Origin: Nanobdellati archaeon
GTDB taxonomy: Archaea; B1Sed10-29; JAGVWA01
Assembly (NCBI GenBank): GCA_018304505.1
Contig: JAGVWA010000006.1
Coordinates: 1 to 43,998 of the forward strand
Direction: 5' to 3'
Length of the DNA: 43,998 bases
Position 1 is the stretch's first letter; each line of letters begins with the position of its first letter. Under the pieces are notes generated by a model that saw nothing but the letters and a program-made list of their open reading frames with translations, was not told the DNA's origin and made no database searches. Positions 36,131 through 43,998 of this stretch are shown piece after piece. The translations under genes were made by a program, and so were the position numbers.

Positions 36131-37352
36131 AATTTAGGGTATCAATGGCCTTTCCGAGCGCGTTTTCATGCCTCGAGAGTTGAACAGCGAGTTCGCGTTT
36201 TTCTTTTTCAAGGAACTGAATCTGCCTGTCAAGATCGCTCAACTCACGCACATGGGCGTTCCGTTCCTTTTCTAGTTCCATGAGCTGCTGAACCGCGGGG
36301 GCCATTTTATCATGAATTTCGTTTTGCCTCTTATCAAGCTCCGTCAGGCTTTCTTTTATATTTTGTAGTTTGCCACTGAGAATGCTGGCAACCTCGGCCC
36401 GCATTTTTTCCTGCTGCTTTCCGCCAATAAATCCCTGGTCGTTATCAAGCACCTTCAGAACCGATTCAAGGATTATGCGCAAGTGATCGCTTTCGTCATT
36501 AGAGAAAGCCTTGGCAGGCTCGAGAATGTATCGCTCCAATGACGCGTTCACTGATTTATCCAGCGTGCTGACTTTGTGGAATTTCTTTAGGGCCTTGGAA
36601 ATTCCGGAGATGCTTGAATACACCACTGCTGAAGCGGCTTGCTTTTGCTCATCAATCGTGGCGAGCTCGTTTCTTTCTTTTTCAAAGTCGATTTTTTTAG
36701 CGCGCGCGTTTTTTTCAGAGATAAGTTGCTCAGAGCGTTCGCGTTTTTCAGACAATTCCGCTGCCCAGGCGTCGGATTTTTTAATTTTGTCTGTAACGTC
36801 ATTTATGGCCCTGCTGTTCCTGAGAATGTCATCAAAAACCCGGTTGCCATCATCGATTTCGCGTAGCGCTTTGCCCATCTCATTAATTAGGTCTATGAAT
36901 GCGTTCGCGTTTTTTCCAAGGTCTGCCACGTGCTGTTTCAGCAAGAATGATGTGTACGCCGTGTTCTTGAAATCCTTGCGCATGAAGTCCTGCATTTTCT
37001 CAGTGTTGCTTGCGCAGAATTCCACATACGCTTTGACAGACTGAGTTGTTGGAAAAGTTACACTGTTCAAAACAGGCGTTAAATGGTTAACGAGATTTTT
37101 CCGCGATTGCTCCACAGCATCGCGTAATTTTTTGTTTTCTACCTTTTGCAGCTCAGCGGTCTCGATTTGCTTCAATGACTCGCGAACCCTGTCAACTGCG
37201 CCTTCGATCTTTGGCTTGAACGCGTCTATATCCGCAAATGAAACGCTCTCCAATTCTTTCTCTGCAAGCGCTATGGCTTCTGCTTTTGTGTATTTCCTTG
37301 ATTCTGTTGGTACAGGCTGCTTTTTTTGGAAAATGCGCCGAAAAAACTCCAT
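36114..37352 (-). CDS. Hypothetical coiled-coil protein
   Basis: 412 aa, E/K/L-rich heptads, amphipathic N-terminus MEFFRRIF. No Walker motif. Confidence 0.75.
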   Translation of the reverse strand: MEFFRRIFQKKQPVPTESRKYTKAEAIALAEKELESVSFADIDAFKPKIEGAVDRVRESLKQIETAELQKVENKKLRDAVEQSRKNLVNHLTPVLNSVTFPTTQSVKAYVEFCASNTEKMQDFMRKDFKNTAYTSFLLKQHVADLGKNANAFIDLINEMGKALREIDDGNRVFDDILRNSRAINDVTDKIKKSDAWAAELSEKRERSEQLISEKNARAKKIDFEKERNELATIDEQKQAASAVVYSSISGISKALKKFHKVSTLDKSVNASLERYILEPAKAFSNDESDHLRIILESVLKVLDNDQGFIGGKQQEKMRAEVASILSGKLQNIKESLTELDKRQNEIHDKMAPAVQQLMELEKERNAHVRELSDLDRQIQFLEKEKRELAVQLSRHENALGKAIDTLNFKSAS

Positions 37353-37406
37353 TAGGGTTTTTGGATACCTTCAAGTTTATATAACAGGGGCTCATTTTAC
37401 AACAGC

Positions 37407-38690
37407 ATGAAGATAACTTTTTTGGGCGCGGCCAGGGACATCGGAAGGTCAGGGTTTCTGGTGCAAGATCAGAATGCCAGAATCGTGCTGGATTACGGGA
37501 TCGCGTTAAAAGCGGATAAGCCGCTTTATCCCCTGCCTGTCAAGGGATTTATAGACGCGGCTGTGCTGTCGCATTCGCACTTGGATCACTGCGGTGCCCT
37601 GCCCGTGTTGTACAAGAATTCAGAAGTGCCGTGTTATATGACGCCTCCGACTATGGCGCTGGCGAGCTTGCTCATAAAGGACGCGATGAAGGTCAATGAT
37701 TCAAAGGGCTTACCGCTGCCGTATTCTGATACGCATTTTAAGCGAATGATGCGGAACGTGCAGCCTATAAACTGTGGAAAGCCGCACCCTATCGCCAATG
37801 GCGTCACGCTGGAATTCAATGACGCTGGGCACATTCCCGGCGCAGCCATGTGTTTACTCAAAACCAAGAGCCACAATTTGCTTTACACAGGGGATTTCAA
37901 GTTACAGGACACTAACATGCACAGTGCAGCGTATTCTGATTACAAGGGCGTTGATGTGTTAATGACAGAAACCACTTACGGCACCAGGGAACACCCGGAC
38001 CGGGAAGAGCAGGAAAAGAAATACGTCAACTTAGTTAAAGAGACACTCGAGCAAAACGGCAACGTGCTGTTGCCAGCTTTCGGGGTCGGCAGGTCTACTG
38101 AGATAATCATGATCCTGAGAAAACATGGTGTCGAGGCCCCGATTTACATGGACGGCATGGCTAAGGAGGCTGCCGAAATCGCAATGGATTTTCCAGATTA
38201 CGTGCGGGACTATGATGCCTTTTACAGGGACATGATGAGTGTTGATTTCATTCAAGACTTCAGCGAGCGCAAGCGCATTTTTAATCGCCCGGGGGTTGTA
38301 GTTGCCCCGGCGGGAATGCTGCAGGGGGGCCACATGAAGAACTATGTCCTGCGGCTTAACAAAATCAACAAGCCCAAGGCCTTGCTATTTTCAGGCTATC
38401 AGGCCGAGGGAACGCCGGGCAGGAACCTCCAGGACTACGGCAAGCTCATTATTGACAAGGTGCAGATCGATGTTTCAAAATTCACTATAGGATACTTTGA
38501 TTTTTCAGCACATGCTGGCTTGAGCGACCTGCAGCGGTTTGTCAAGAAGGTCAAGCCGAAGCTCGTCATTTCAATACACGGCGAACCTGAGTCAACTAAG
38601 TCATTTTCAGAATGGGTCGAAGGCAACACCAAGGCCGTTGCGAGGTACCCGAAGCTTGGAGAGACCCTGGATATAGATGAAATCATCTGA
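37407..38690 (+). CDS. Beta-CASP metallo-beta-lactamase ribonuclease (aCPSF2-like, no KH domains)
   Basis: FLGAA..IGRS, LDYG, HSHLDH, AGHIPG, YTGD, ETTYG, GYQAEGTPG, FSAH, HGE. Confidence 0.92.
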   Translation: MKITFLGAARDIGRSGFLVQDQNARIVLDYGIALKADKPLYPLPVKGFIDAAVLSHSHLDHCGALPVLYKNSEVPCYMTPPTMALASLLIKDAMKVNDSKGLPLPYSDTHFKRMMRNVQPINCGKPHPIANGVTLEFNDAGHIPGAAMCLLKTKSHNLLYTGDFKLQDTNMHSAAYSDYKGVDVLMTETTYGTREHPDREEQEKKYVNLVKETLEQNGNVLLPAFGVGRSTEIIMILRKHGVEAPIYMDGMAKEAAEIAMDFPDYVRDYDAFYRDMMSVDFIQDFSERKRIFNRPGVVVAPAGMLQGGHMKNYVLRLNKINKPKALLFSGYQAEGTPGRNLQDYGKLIIDKVQIDVSKFTIGYFDFSAHAGLSDLQRFVKKVKPKLVISIHGEPESTKSFSEWVEGNTKAVARYPKLGETLDIDEII

Positions 38691-38743
38691 ACTCCCATGG
38701 GATTCAGCAAAGCTATAAAAAGCGAGACAGCATTCTTTACAAC

Positions 38744-39448
38744 ATGAGGGTGCCAACAGGAATCCAGGGTTTGGATGAACTAATAGAAGGCGGGCTTTTA
38801 GAAGGCTCAAGCACATTGATTGCAGGCGGCACAGGCACAGGCAAGACCATTTTTGGATCACAGTACATATACAACGGCGCGAAAGACTACTCAGAGCCCG
38901 GGATTTACATCACGTTCGAGGAAGGCGAAAAGAACCTCTGGTGGAACATGAAGAACTTCCGATGGGACGTTGCTAAGTACACGGAGCAGAACATGATGAA
39001 GATCTACAAGGTCTCAATGATAGAACCCGGAGAATTTGCCGCGCGCTTTAATTCAGAAATCGAGCGCATCAAGGACATGGTGGACAAGATGAACGCAAAG
39101 CGCCTAGTAATTGACTCGACAACAAGCTTTGGCATGTGGATGGAAAGCGACCATGAGATAAGATATTCATTATTCAAGCTGGCCGAAGAATTAAAGGAGA
39201 TGAACGTCACAACCTTGCTGACTGCTGAGACCCTCGGGGGAAAGAGCCAGCTTTCCAGATTCGGCGTTGAGGAGTTCATTACAGACGGCGTCATTTCCTT
39301 GTATTATAGACCGCCGAGGCGTTTCATGATGGTGCGCAAAATGAGGGGGACAGATCACAACAAGGACATTCACCCGTACGACATTACCAGCCATGGCTTG
39401 GAAATCAACACGCAGGAACGTGTTTTGTGGGAAAGTCTCGTGGATTAA
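38744..39448 (+). CDS. Single-domain KaiC-like / RAD55 RecA-superfamily ATPase
   Basis: PTGI.GLD....GG, GGTGTGKT, TFEE, RLVIDS, VEEFITDGVI, RKMRGT.H. Confidence 0.9.
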   Translation: MRVPTGIQGLDELIEGGLLEGSSTLIAGGTGTGKTIFGSQYIYNGAKDYSEPGIYITFEEGEKNLWWNMKNFRWDVAKYTEQNMMKIYKVSMIEPGEFAARFNSEIERIKDMVDKMNAKRLVIDSTTSFGMWMESDHEIRYSLFKLAEELKEMNVTTLLTAETLGGKSQLSRFGVEEFITDGVISLYYRPPRRFMMVRKMRGTDHNKDIHPYDITSHGLEINTQERVLWESLVD

Positions 39449-39481
39449 TCTGGCTGGCTGCTCAAATTGTGATGTTAAATT

Positions 39482-39551
39482 GTTATACTAACTCGTTATA
39501 CTAACTCGTGATACTAACTCGTGATACTAACTCGTGATACTAACTCGTGAT
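39482..39551. repeat. 13-bp tandem repeat x5 (plus a partial unit) directly upstream of DGGGP synthase
   Basis: GTTATACTAACTC x2, then GTGATACTAACTC x3, then GTGAT. No spacers. The ATG is at 39555. Confidence 0.92.
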
Positions 39552-39554
39552 GCA

Positions 39555-40400
39555 ATGGAGCTGAAGGATTTTCTCGCCACGGTAAAGCTGAGTCATGCGT
39601 TCCTACTGAGCCTGGCGTCTATTATAGGGATGCTGTTGGCGATTCGCGGCCTGCCAGAAATTCAAGTGGTTATCCTTGCAATAGCTGCGCCGTTCTTTGT
39701 CGAGATAATGAGCTTCACGCTTAACGATATTTTTGACGTTGAAGCAGACAGGGTAAACAGGCGCCAAGACAAGCCGATGGCAGTAGGGAGAATAAAACCG
39801 ATAGAAGCATGGGTCATCGTGATTGTGTCGTTTGTCCTCGGTGCAGTAAGTGCGTATATGGTTAACTTGATGGTGTTCTGGATCGTCATCGTGTTCTCGT
39901 TCCTGTCCGTGCTTTATTCAGTGTACTTGAAAAAGATGGCTCTTATCGGTAACGCCGCAATAGGGGCCTCGATGGCGATTCCATTCATTTACGGAGACTA
40001 CGTTGTTTCGCAGGTGCTGGAGCCGAACGTGCTGTTCATGGCCCTGCTGGCGTTTCTTCTGGGCCTTGGCAGGGAACTTTCAAAGAGCATACAGGATGTA
40101 AAGGGAGATAGAAAACAGGGCAGGCGTACCTTGCCGATTGTTGTCGGTGAGGGGCCCGCAGCCAGCGCAGCCCTGCTGTTTTATGTGTCCGCTGTTTTGC
40201 TGGTCCTGCTGCCGTTTTTTCTGCAAGGCCCGTATTACTATGACGTCTTCTATTTGGTGCCTGTACTGGCAGCTGGTTTCCTGACATTGGTTTCTGCAAG
40301 GCTAACACTTCAACAGCGCAACTTTGAAAAAATCAGGCGGTACACAATGTTCGCAATGCTGCTCGCCTTGCTCGGTTTTTTGCTCGGTGTGTTTCTCTAG
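39555..40400 (+). CDS. UbiA prenyltransferase, probable digeranylgeranylglyceryl phosphate (DGGGP) synthase
   Basis: NDIFDVEADRVNR..KP...G, YS..LK....GN, RE..K.IQD..GD...GR.TLPI: the DGGGPS-type Asp-rich motifs. Confidence 0.85.
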   Translation: MELKDFLATVKLSHAFLLSLASIIGMLLAIRGLPEIQVVILAIAAPFFVEIMSFTLNDIFDVEADRVNRRQDKPMAVGRIKPIEAWVIVIVSFVLGAVSAYMVNLMVFWIVIVFSFLSVLYSVYLKKMALIGNAAIGASMAIPFIYGDYVVSQVLEPNVLFMALLAFLLGLGRELSKSIQDVKGDRKQGRRTLPIVVGEGPAASAALLFYVSAVLLVLLPFFLQGPYYYDVFYLVPVLAAGFLTLVSARLTLQQRNFEKIRRYTMFAMLLALLGFLLGVFL

Positions 40401-40434
40401 CAAGTTTTTTAAACCAACGTACCCTGATTAATGC

Positions 40435-41148
40435 ATGCAAATTGAGCTTGTAAAGCTTGCGCAGCACCCTGATTGGAAAGACCTCTTATGGGACATCGTA
40501 AAGCAGGAAAATATGGATCCATGGAACATCAACGTCGAGCCGCTGGTTAACGATTACATAACGTACGTGCGTGAGATGAAACAGCACAACTTCTCATTGT
40601 CTGCTAACGTCATCCTGGCTGCCTCGATCCTGTTGAGGTACAAGTCTGACTCGTGGCTACTGAAGGAGCCTGAGCCTGATGAGCAGGTCATGGAGGTTCC
40701 TGACGGCATTATTCAGGCCCCTGAAATCCCGCACCTTGAGCCAATAATGAGGGAGACAAAACGTCGCGTTTCGCTGGAAGAGCTAATTTTCGCGATAGAG
40801 GACATAATGACAAAGGAGAAAAAGAAAGCGAGGAAGCAGAAGGCGAAGCTGGAGCGGAGCGTTGATGACGCGCTTATGGAACTTGTCAAGGAATCGCCAG
40901 AGGACTTTGAACGGAAGCTTAAAATGGTTTACGATAAGGTGAAGAAAAACATTGACAAGGAACAGCTAACAGTGTTTTCGAAGCTGCTTGATCAGCGCGA
41001 TGATGCATTGCACGTTGTCGAGCACCTTGTGCCGCTGCTTCACTTGGCAAATGAATCGAAGATCGCGATGTGGCAGGAGGAGATGTTCGGCGAAATCTTC
41101 ATTAACTTGATTGACGAGGTTGATAATGATGCAGAAAAAACTGGCTGA
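40435..41148 (+). CDS. scpA: Segregation and condensation protein A (kleisin)
   Basis: MDPWNI.V..L..Y, A..LL..KS, R.V.LEELI, and C-terminal LLHL......QEE.FGEI.I. Confidence 0.88.
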   Translation: MQIELVKLAQHPDWKDLLWDIVKQENMDPWNINVEPLVNDYITYVREMKQHNFSLSANVILAASILLRYKSDSWLLKEPEPDEQVMEVPDGIIQAPEIPHLEPIMRETKRRVSLEELIFAIEDIMTKEKKKARKQKAKLERSVDDALMELVKESPEDFERKLKMVYDKVKKNIDKEQLTVFSKLLDQRDDALHVVEHLVPLLHLANESKIAMWQEEMFGEIFINLIDEVDNDAEKTG

Positions 41149-41620
41149 GGCAGCGCTGTTTATGAGCGCAATGCCAATGCAGTTGTCAGAGATATCGAAA
41201 ATTCTTGAAACCGATGACAATGAAGCGTCTAGGATACTTGAAGGACTAATAAGTGACTATAGGGAAGGCAACGGCGCGCTTGAAATCGTTAGAGAGGGAA
41301 TGAAGTATCAAATGCGCGTCAAAAACCTGTTTGCCGACAAGGTGTCGCATCTAGCTGTTTCAGCGGAATTAACAAAGGCTGTCCTGAGGACACTTGGATT
41401 AATCGCTACACGTGAACCAATTATGCAGAGCGACGTTGTCAGAATAATAGGGAACAAGGCATATGATTATGTAAAGGAGCTGCGCGAAAACGGCTTCATT
41501 ACCGCCAAGAAGCAGGGCACTACAAGGCTTTTGTCAACCACGTCGAAGTTCGAGGCCTACTTTGGAAAGAAGTCCAGCATCTTGAAAGAGGCAGTAACCG
41601 GGGTCTCGGTTGCGGAATAG
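41126..41620 (+). CDS. scpB: Segregation and condensation protein B
   Basis: EAALF...P, L..TL..IA..EPI.QS..V.I.G..Y.....L...GFI, T..F..YFG. GAGGTTGA SD. Confidence 0.9.
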   Translation: MMQKKLAEAALFMSAMPMQLSEISKILETDDNEASRILEGLISDYREGNGALEIVREGMKYQMRVKNLFADKVSHLAVSAELTKAVLRTLGLIATREPIMQSDVVRIIGNKAYDYVKELRENGFITAKKQGTTRLLSTTSKFEAYFGKKSSILKEAVTGVSVAE

Positions 41621-41650
41621 CGACAGGCCAAGGGCTTCTTATAGGGATTC

Positions 41651-42904
41651 TTATTTGAGAAGCCTGCCGAGGTCCTGGCCCTGGTCAAGCGAACTCAAGT
41701 CAGCGCCGCCTGTAGTTTCTTCAATGTTCTTCCGCTGTATCACGTCCTGCACCTTTGCAAACGTCGTCATCCTGTCGTCGACAAGGCTCTGCAGCACCTC
41801 TGCTTTCTCTTGCTGCTTCTGCTTAAGTTCGGACAGCCCAATGCCGCTTCTTTCTGAGAGCTTTTGCATTTTCCCGCTTGGCAATGACGTTCGTTTTACG
41901 TCGTCTGTTTTTATGTCGTAGTGGTAAACCTCATTGAACGACACCCCGAGCTCGGACTCTGATTTTGACACCTCGACAACGCCTGTGATGCGCCTCTTCA
42001 GGCCAACGTTGGTCTTGATTTTCTGCTGCACAATAATCAAATCAACAAGCGGCAAGGCTGATTTTGGAACGTTCATTGGATAATTTGACAGGCGCGCCAT
42101 TGACTCTGCAGGGCTGTTGGCGTGCACTGTTCCTACCGCAGAGTGGCCGACATTCATGGCGCTGAACAGTGTTTGGGCCTCAGTGCTCCTGACTTCACCG
42201 ATAACCAGCCTGTCAGGCCTCATGCGCAGCGCATTAATCAAGAGGTCGTTCATTGTCACTGCTGCCCTTCCGGAGGAGCCTTCCATTCTCACGACATTGG
42301 GCCTGTTTGGCAAGCTGAGTTCGCGCACGTCTTCTATTGTTATGATACGCTCTTCAACTGGGACAAAGGCCAGCAGGTTGTTCAGCGTCGTGGTTTTGCC
42401 GCTGCCTGTGCCTCCGATGACGAGGATGTTTAATGGGTAGTTCCTTTGCCCCTCAACTGCCATCCACAAAAACGCTGCAAGGTCCACTGATAATGTTCCG
42501 GCCAGGATAAGGTCAATGATTGAGAATGGCTCCTCTGAGAACTTTCGAATTGTTATTGTTGGCCCTGTAGGCGTTGCTGGCGGAATTGTGGCGTTCATTC
42601 GGGATCCGTCTGGCAAGCGCGCGTCCAGGAAGGGGTGTGTTATGTCGATTTTGTCAGTACTCGTTCTTTCCGCGTCCTTGATGATCGCCATTATCTCGCT
42701 GTTGGAGAGGTGTAAGTTGGTTTCACACACGCCGTATTGCCTGTGGTAAATGAACACCGGCACGTCTGGCCCATTGATCATGATTTCCTCGAGTGAAGGG
42801 TCAATCAGCAGCGTGTTGTATCTGGGCTTTTCCATCACGTATTTTTTCAGTGGTTTCTCGTCAATGATTTCGACGTTAATTGCAGCTTGAGGTTGTTGTG
42901 CCAT
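41651..42904 (-). CDS. Type II/IV secretion / Tad pilus ATPase (CpaF/TadA/VirB11-like)
   Basis: EEIMING, DARLPDGSR, TIRKF, GGTGSGKTT, TIED..EL, ALRMRPDR...GEVR, N.GH..T.HA. Confidence 0.92.
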   Translation of the reverse strand: MAQQPQAAINVEIIDEKPLKKYVMEKPRYNTLLIDPSLEEIMINGPDVPVFIYHRQYGVCETNLHLSNSEIMAIIKDAERTSTDKIDITHPFLDARLPDGSRMNATIPPATPTGPTITIRKFSEEPFSIIDLILAGTLSVDLAAFLWMAVEGQRNYPLNILVIGGTGSGKTTTLNNLLAFVPVEERIITIEDVRELSLPNRPNVVRMEGSSGRAAVTMNDLLINALRMRPDRLVIGEVRSTEAQTLFSAMNVGHSAVGTVHANSPAESMARLSNYPMNVPKSALPLVDLIIVQQKIKTNVGLKRRITGVVEVSKSESELGVSFNEVYHYDIKTDDVKRTSLPSGKMQKLSERSGIGLSELKQKQQEKAEVLQSLVDDRMTTFAKVQDVIQRKNIEETTGGADLSSLDQGQDLGRLLK

Positions 42905-43001
42905 AGACTCAGGTAGATTATCTTTAAACTGAAATAAAAAGCCTTTTGGTTTGCAATAAACAACAGTGCAGGCAAGGCGTTATTCAATTCCAAAAAGGGA
43001 G

Positions 43002-43271
43002 TTATTCAACGTTCCTGGCATTCAGATCCTGCAGCGCCCGTTCTGTAGTGGCGGCGATTTCGCGTGCAGCGTCGCGCGCAGCCAACAAACTCCTGTGCGC
43101 TTCCACGCGTTTCATGCCTCCAAATGTGTCCCTGCCGCGGTCTATTTCTTCTACAGCCAGCGCATTCAGCTCAGCTTCAACATGATCAAGTGCCGCGCCT
43201 AGCGCAACAAGTTTCTGGGTTCTGTCCCCAAGTTCTACGAGTTCTGCAAGTGCGGCTTGTGCGTTCCACAT
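43002..43271 (-). CDS. Small helical hypothetical protein (89 aa)
   Basis: ATG start with TATA-like TTATAAAA about 25 nt upstream; A/L/E/R-rich. Confidence 0.5.
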   Translation of the reverse strand: MWNAQAALAELVELGDRTQKLVALGAALDHVEAELNALAVEEIDRGRDTFGGMKRVEAHRSLLAARDAAREIAATTERALQDLNARNVE

Positions 43272-43364
43272 GCGATTTTATTTGTGGATTGGTTTTTATA
43301 ATGCTTTCGCACAGTGTGCAAGGGCAAGGTTTTTAAAACACAAACTGCACTTTAATAATAGCAT

Positions 43365-43474
43365 GGGCTGCTAGCTTAGCCAGGATGGAGCACCCGACTG
43401 ATAATCGGGAACTCCTTAAGAAATTATTTCTTGGGAGTCGGGAAAGGTCGAGGGTTCAAATCCCTTGCGGCCCA
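43365..43474 (+). tRNA. tRNA-Ile(GAU) with a 35-nt non-canonical intron at 43/44 (43410-43444)
   Basis: Acceptor stem GGGCTGC/GCGGCCC+A, D arm GCTT/GAGC, anticodon arm CCCGA-CTGATAA-TCGGG (GAT at 43400-43402), hairpin insert, then AGGTC and T arm GAGGG-TTCAAAT-CCCTT. TTTTAAA promoter upstream and T-tract downstream. Confidence 0.88.
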
Positions 43475-43554
43475 TTTTTTTCTTCTTTGCAAAGCTTTAA
43501 ATTCTCTCACTAAGTTATAGATTTAAATACAACAGGGAGCAATAAAATTACAGG

Positions 43555-43884
43555 GTGTTTATAGTGGCAGTGTCAAGCGCAGCGGCAGAGCGAAGAAGGC
43601 GTGGACGGGTTCGTGAAGTAATACACAAAAAGGCAACGGTCCTTGGCTTAAGCGCAAAAGAATACGCGCGCCTATCGGCAATGCGATCCCGGGCCAGAGC
43701 GGGTCATGCCGGTGAACCCAGGGTTGCAAAACCTGGCATGCAAGCGGTTTTCAAGGGCATGGGCGGCGAACTTAGAAAACCGCAACCCCCACAGGGCCTG
43801 CAGCAGGCTACTGAGATGCACAGGAAAATCGGACTGCTGGAACGCATCTTCGGTCAACGCAGGAAAGCGAAACCACAAGCCTAA
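43555..43884 (+). CDS. Basic hypothetical protein (~105 aa)
   Basis: TTTAAATA TATA-like box at about 43522; GTG start; R/K-rich with no known motif. Confidence 0.45.
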   Translation: MFIVAVSSAAAERRRRGRVREVIHKKATVLGLSAKEYARLSAMRSRARAGHAGEPRVAKPGMQAVFKGMGGELRKPQPPQGLQQATEMHRKIGLLERIFGQRRKAKPQA

Positions 43885-43998
43885 CCGGATTTTTTAAGCA
43901 GCAATACCTTTATAAAGGCATCTTGGTTTTACCAATTTAAGTGCACCTACGAAAATGTGTGCAAAAACCTTTAAATAGAGGGTTGTTCAAAATAAGTA

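Noticed and set aside
36114-37352. Coiled-coil protein as the missing SMC
   Set aside because: Too short, with no Walker A/B, signature or hinge motifs.
39482-39551. 13-bp repeats as a CRISPR array
   Set aside because: The units are contiguous with no spacers, too short, and no cas genes are present.

Overview
Archaeal chromosomal window, probably from a small-genome DPANN-type archaeon. The lineage is an inference from AglB, Nop5/fibrillarin, an Rnl3 ligase, intron-containing tRNAs, TATA-type promoters and dense overlapping genes. Bases 1-22,956 are a visibly AT-richer surface-glycosylation region: WecB, SDR epimerases, GT4s, three SAM methyltransferases, a polysaccharide deacetylase, a FemAB-like GNAT, a DegT aminotransferase, a flippase, AglB, a GlcNAc-1-P transferase, a GT-C, a GT2 / radical-SAM / B12-radical-SAM operon and a dolichol-kinase-like gene. 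Bases 23,039-43,998 are GC-richer housekeeping genes: argF, a nop5-ORF-fibrillarin-HAD operon, surface proteins, peptidases, an RNA ligase, PAP2, a beta-CASP nuclease, a KaiC-like ATPase, DGGGP synthase, scpA/scpB and a TadA/CpaF ATPase. Several items are missing from the ORF track: a rare tRNA-Ile(UAU) with a canonical intron, a tRNA-Ile(GAU) with a non-canonical 43/44 intron, a tri-loop hairpin array after the first tRNA, a ~135-nt structured ncRNA candidate (29,459-29,593), a 57-aa zinc-finger gene upstream of the RNA ligase, and a 5x13-bp tandem repeat directly upstream of DGGGP synthase. No CRISPR array, rRNA or transposase was seen. All calls rest on motifs recognised by eye; no database searches were run.
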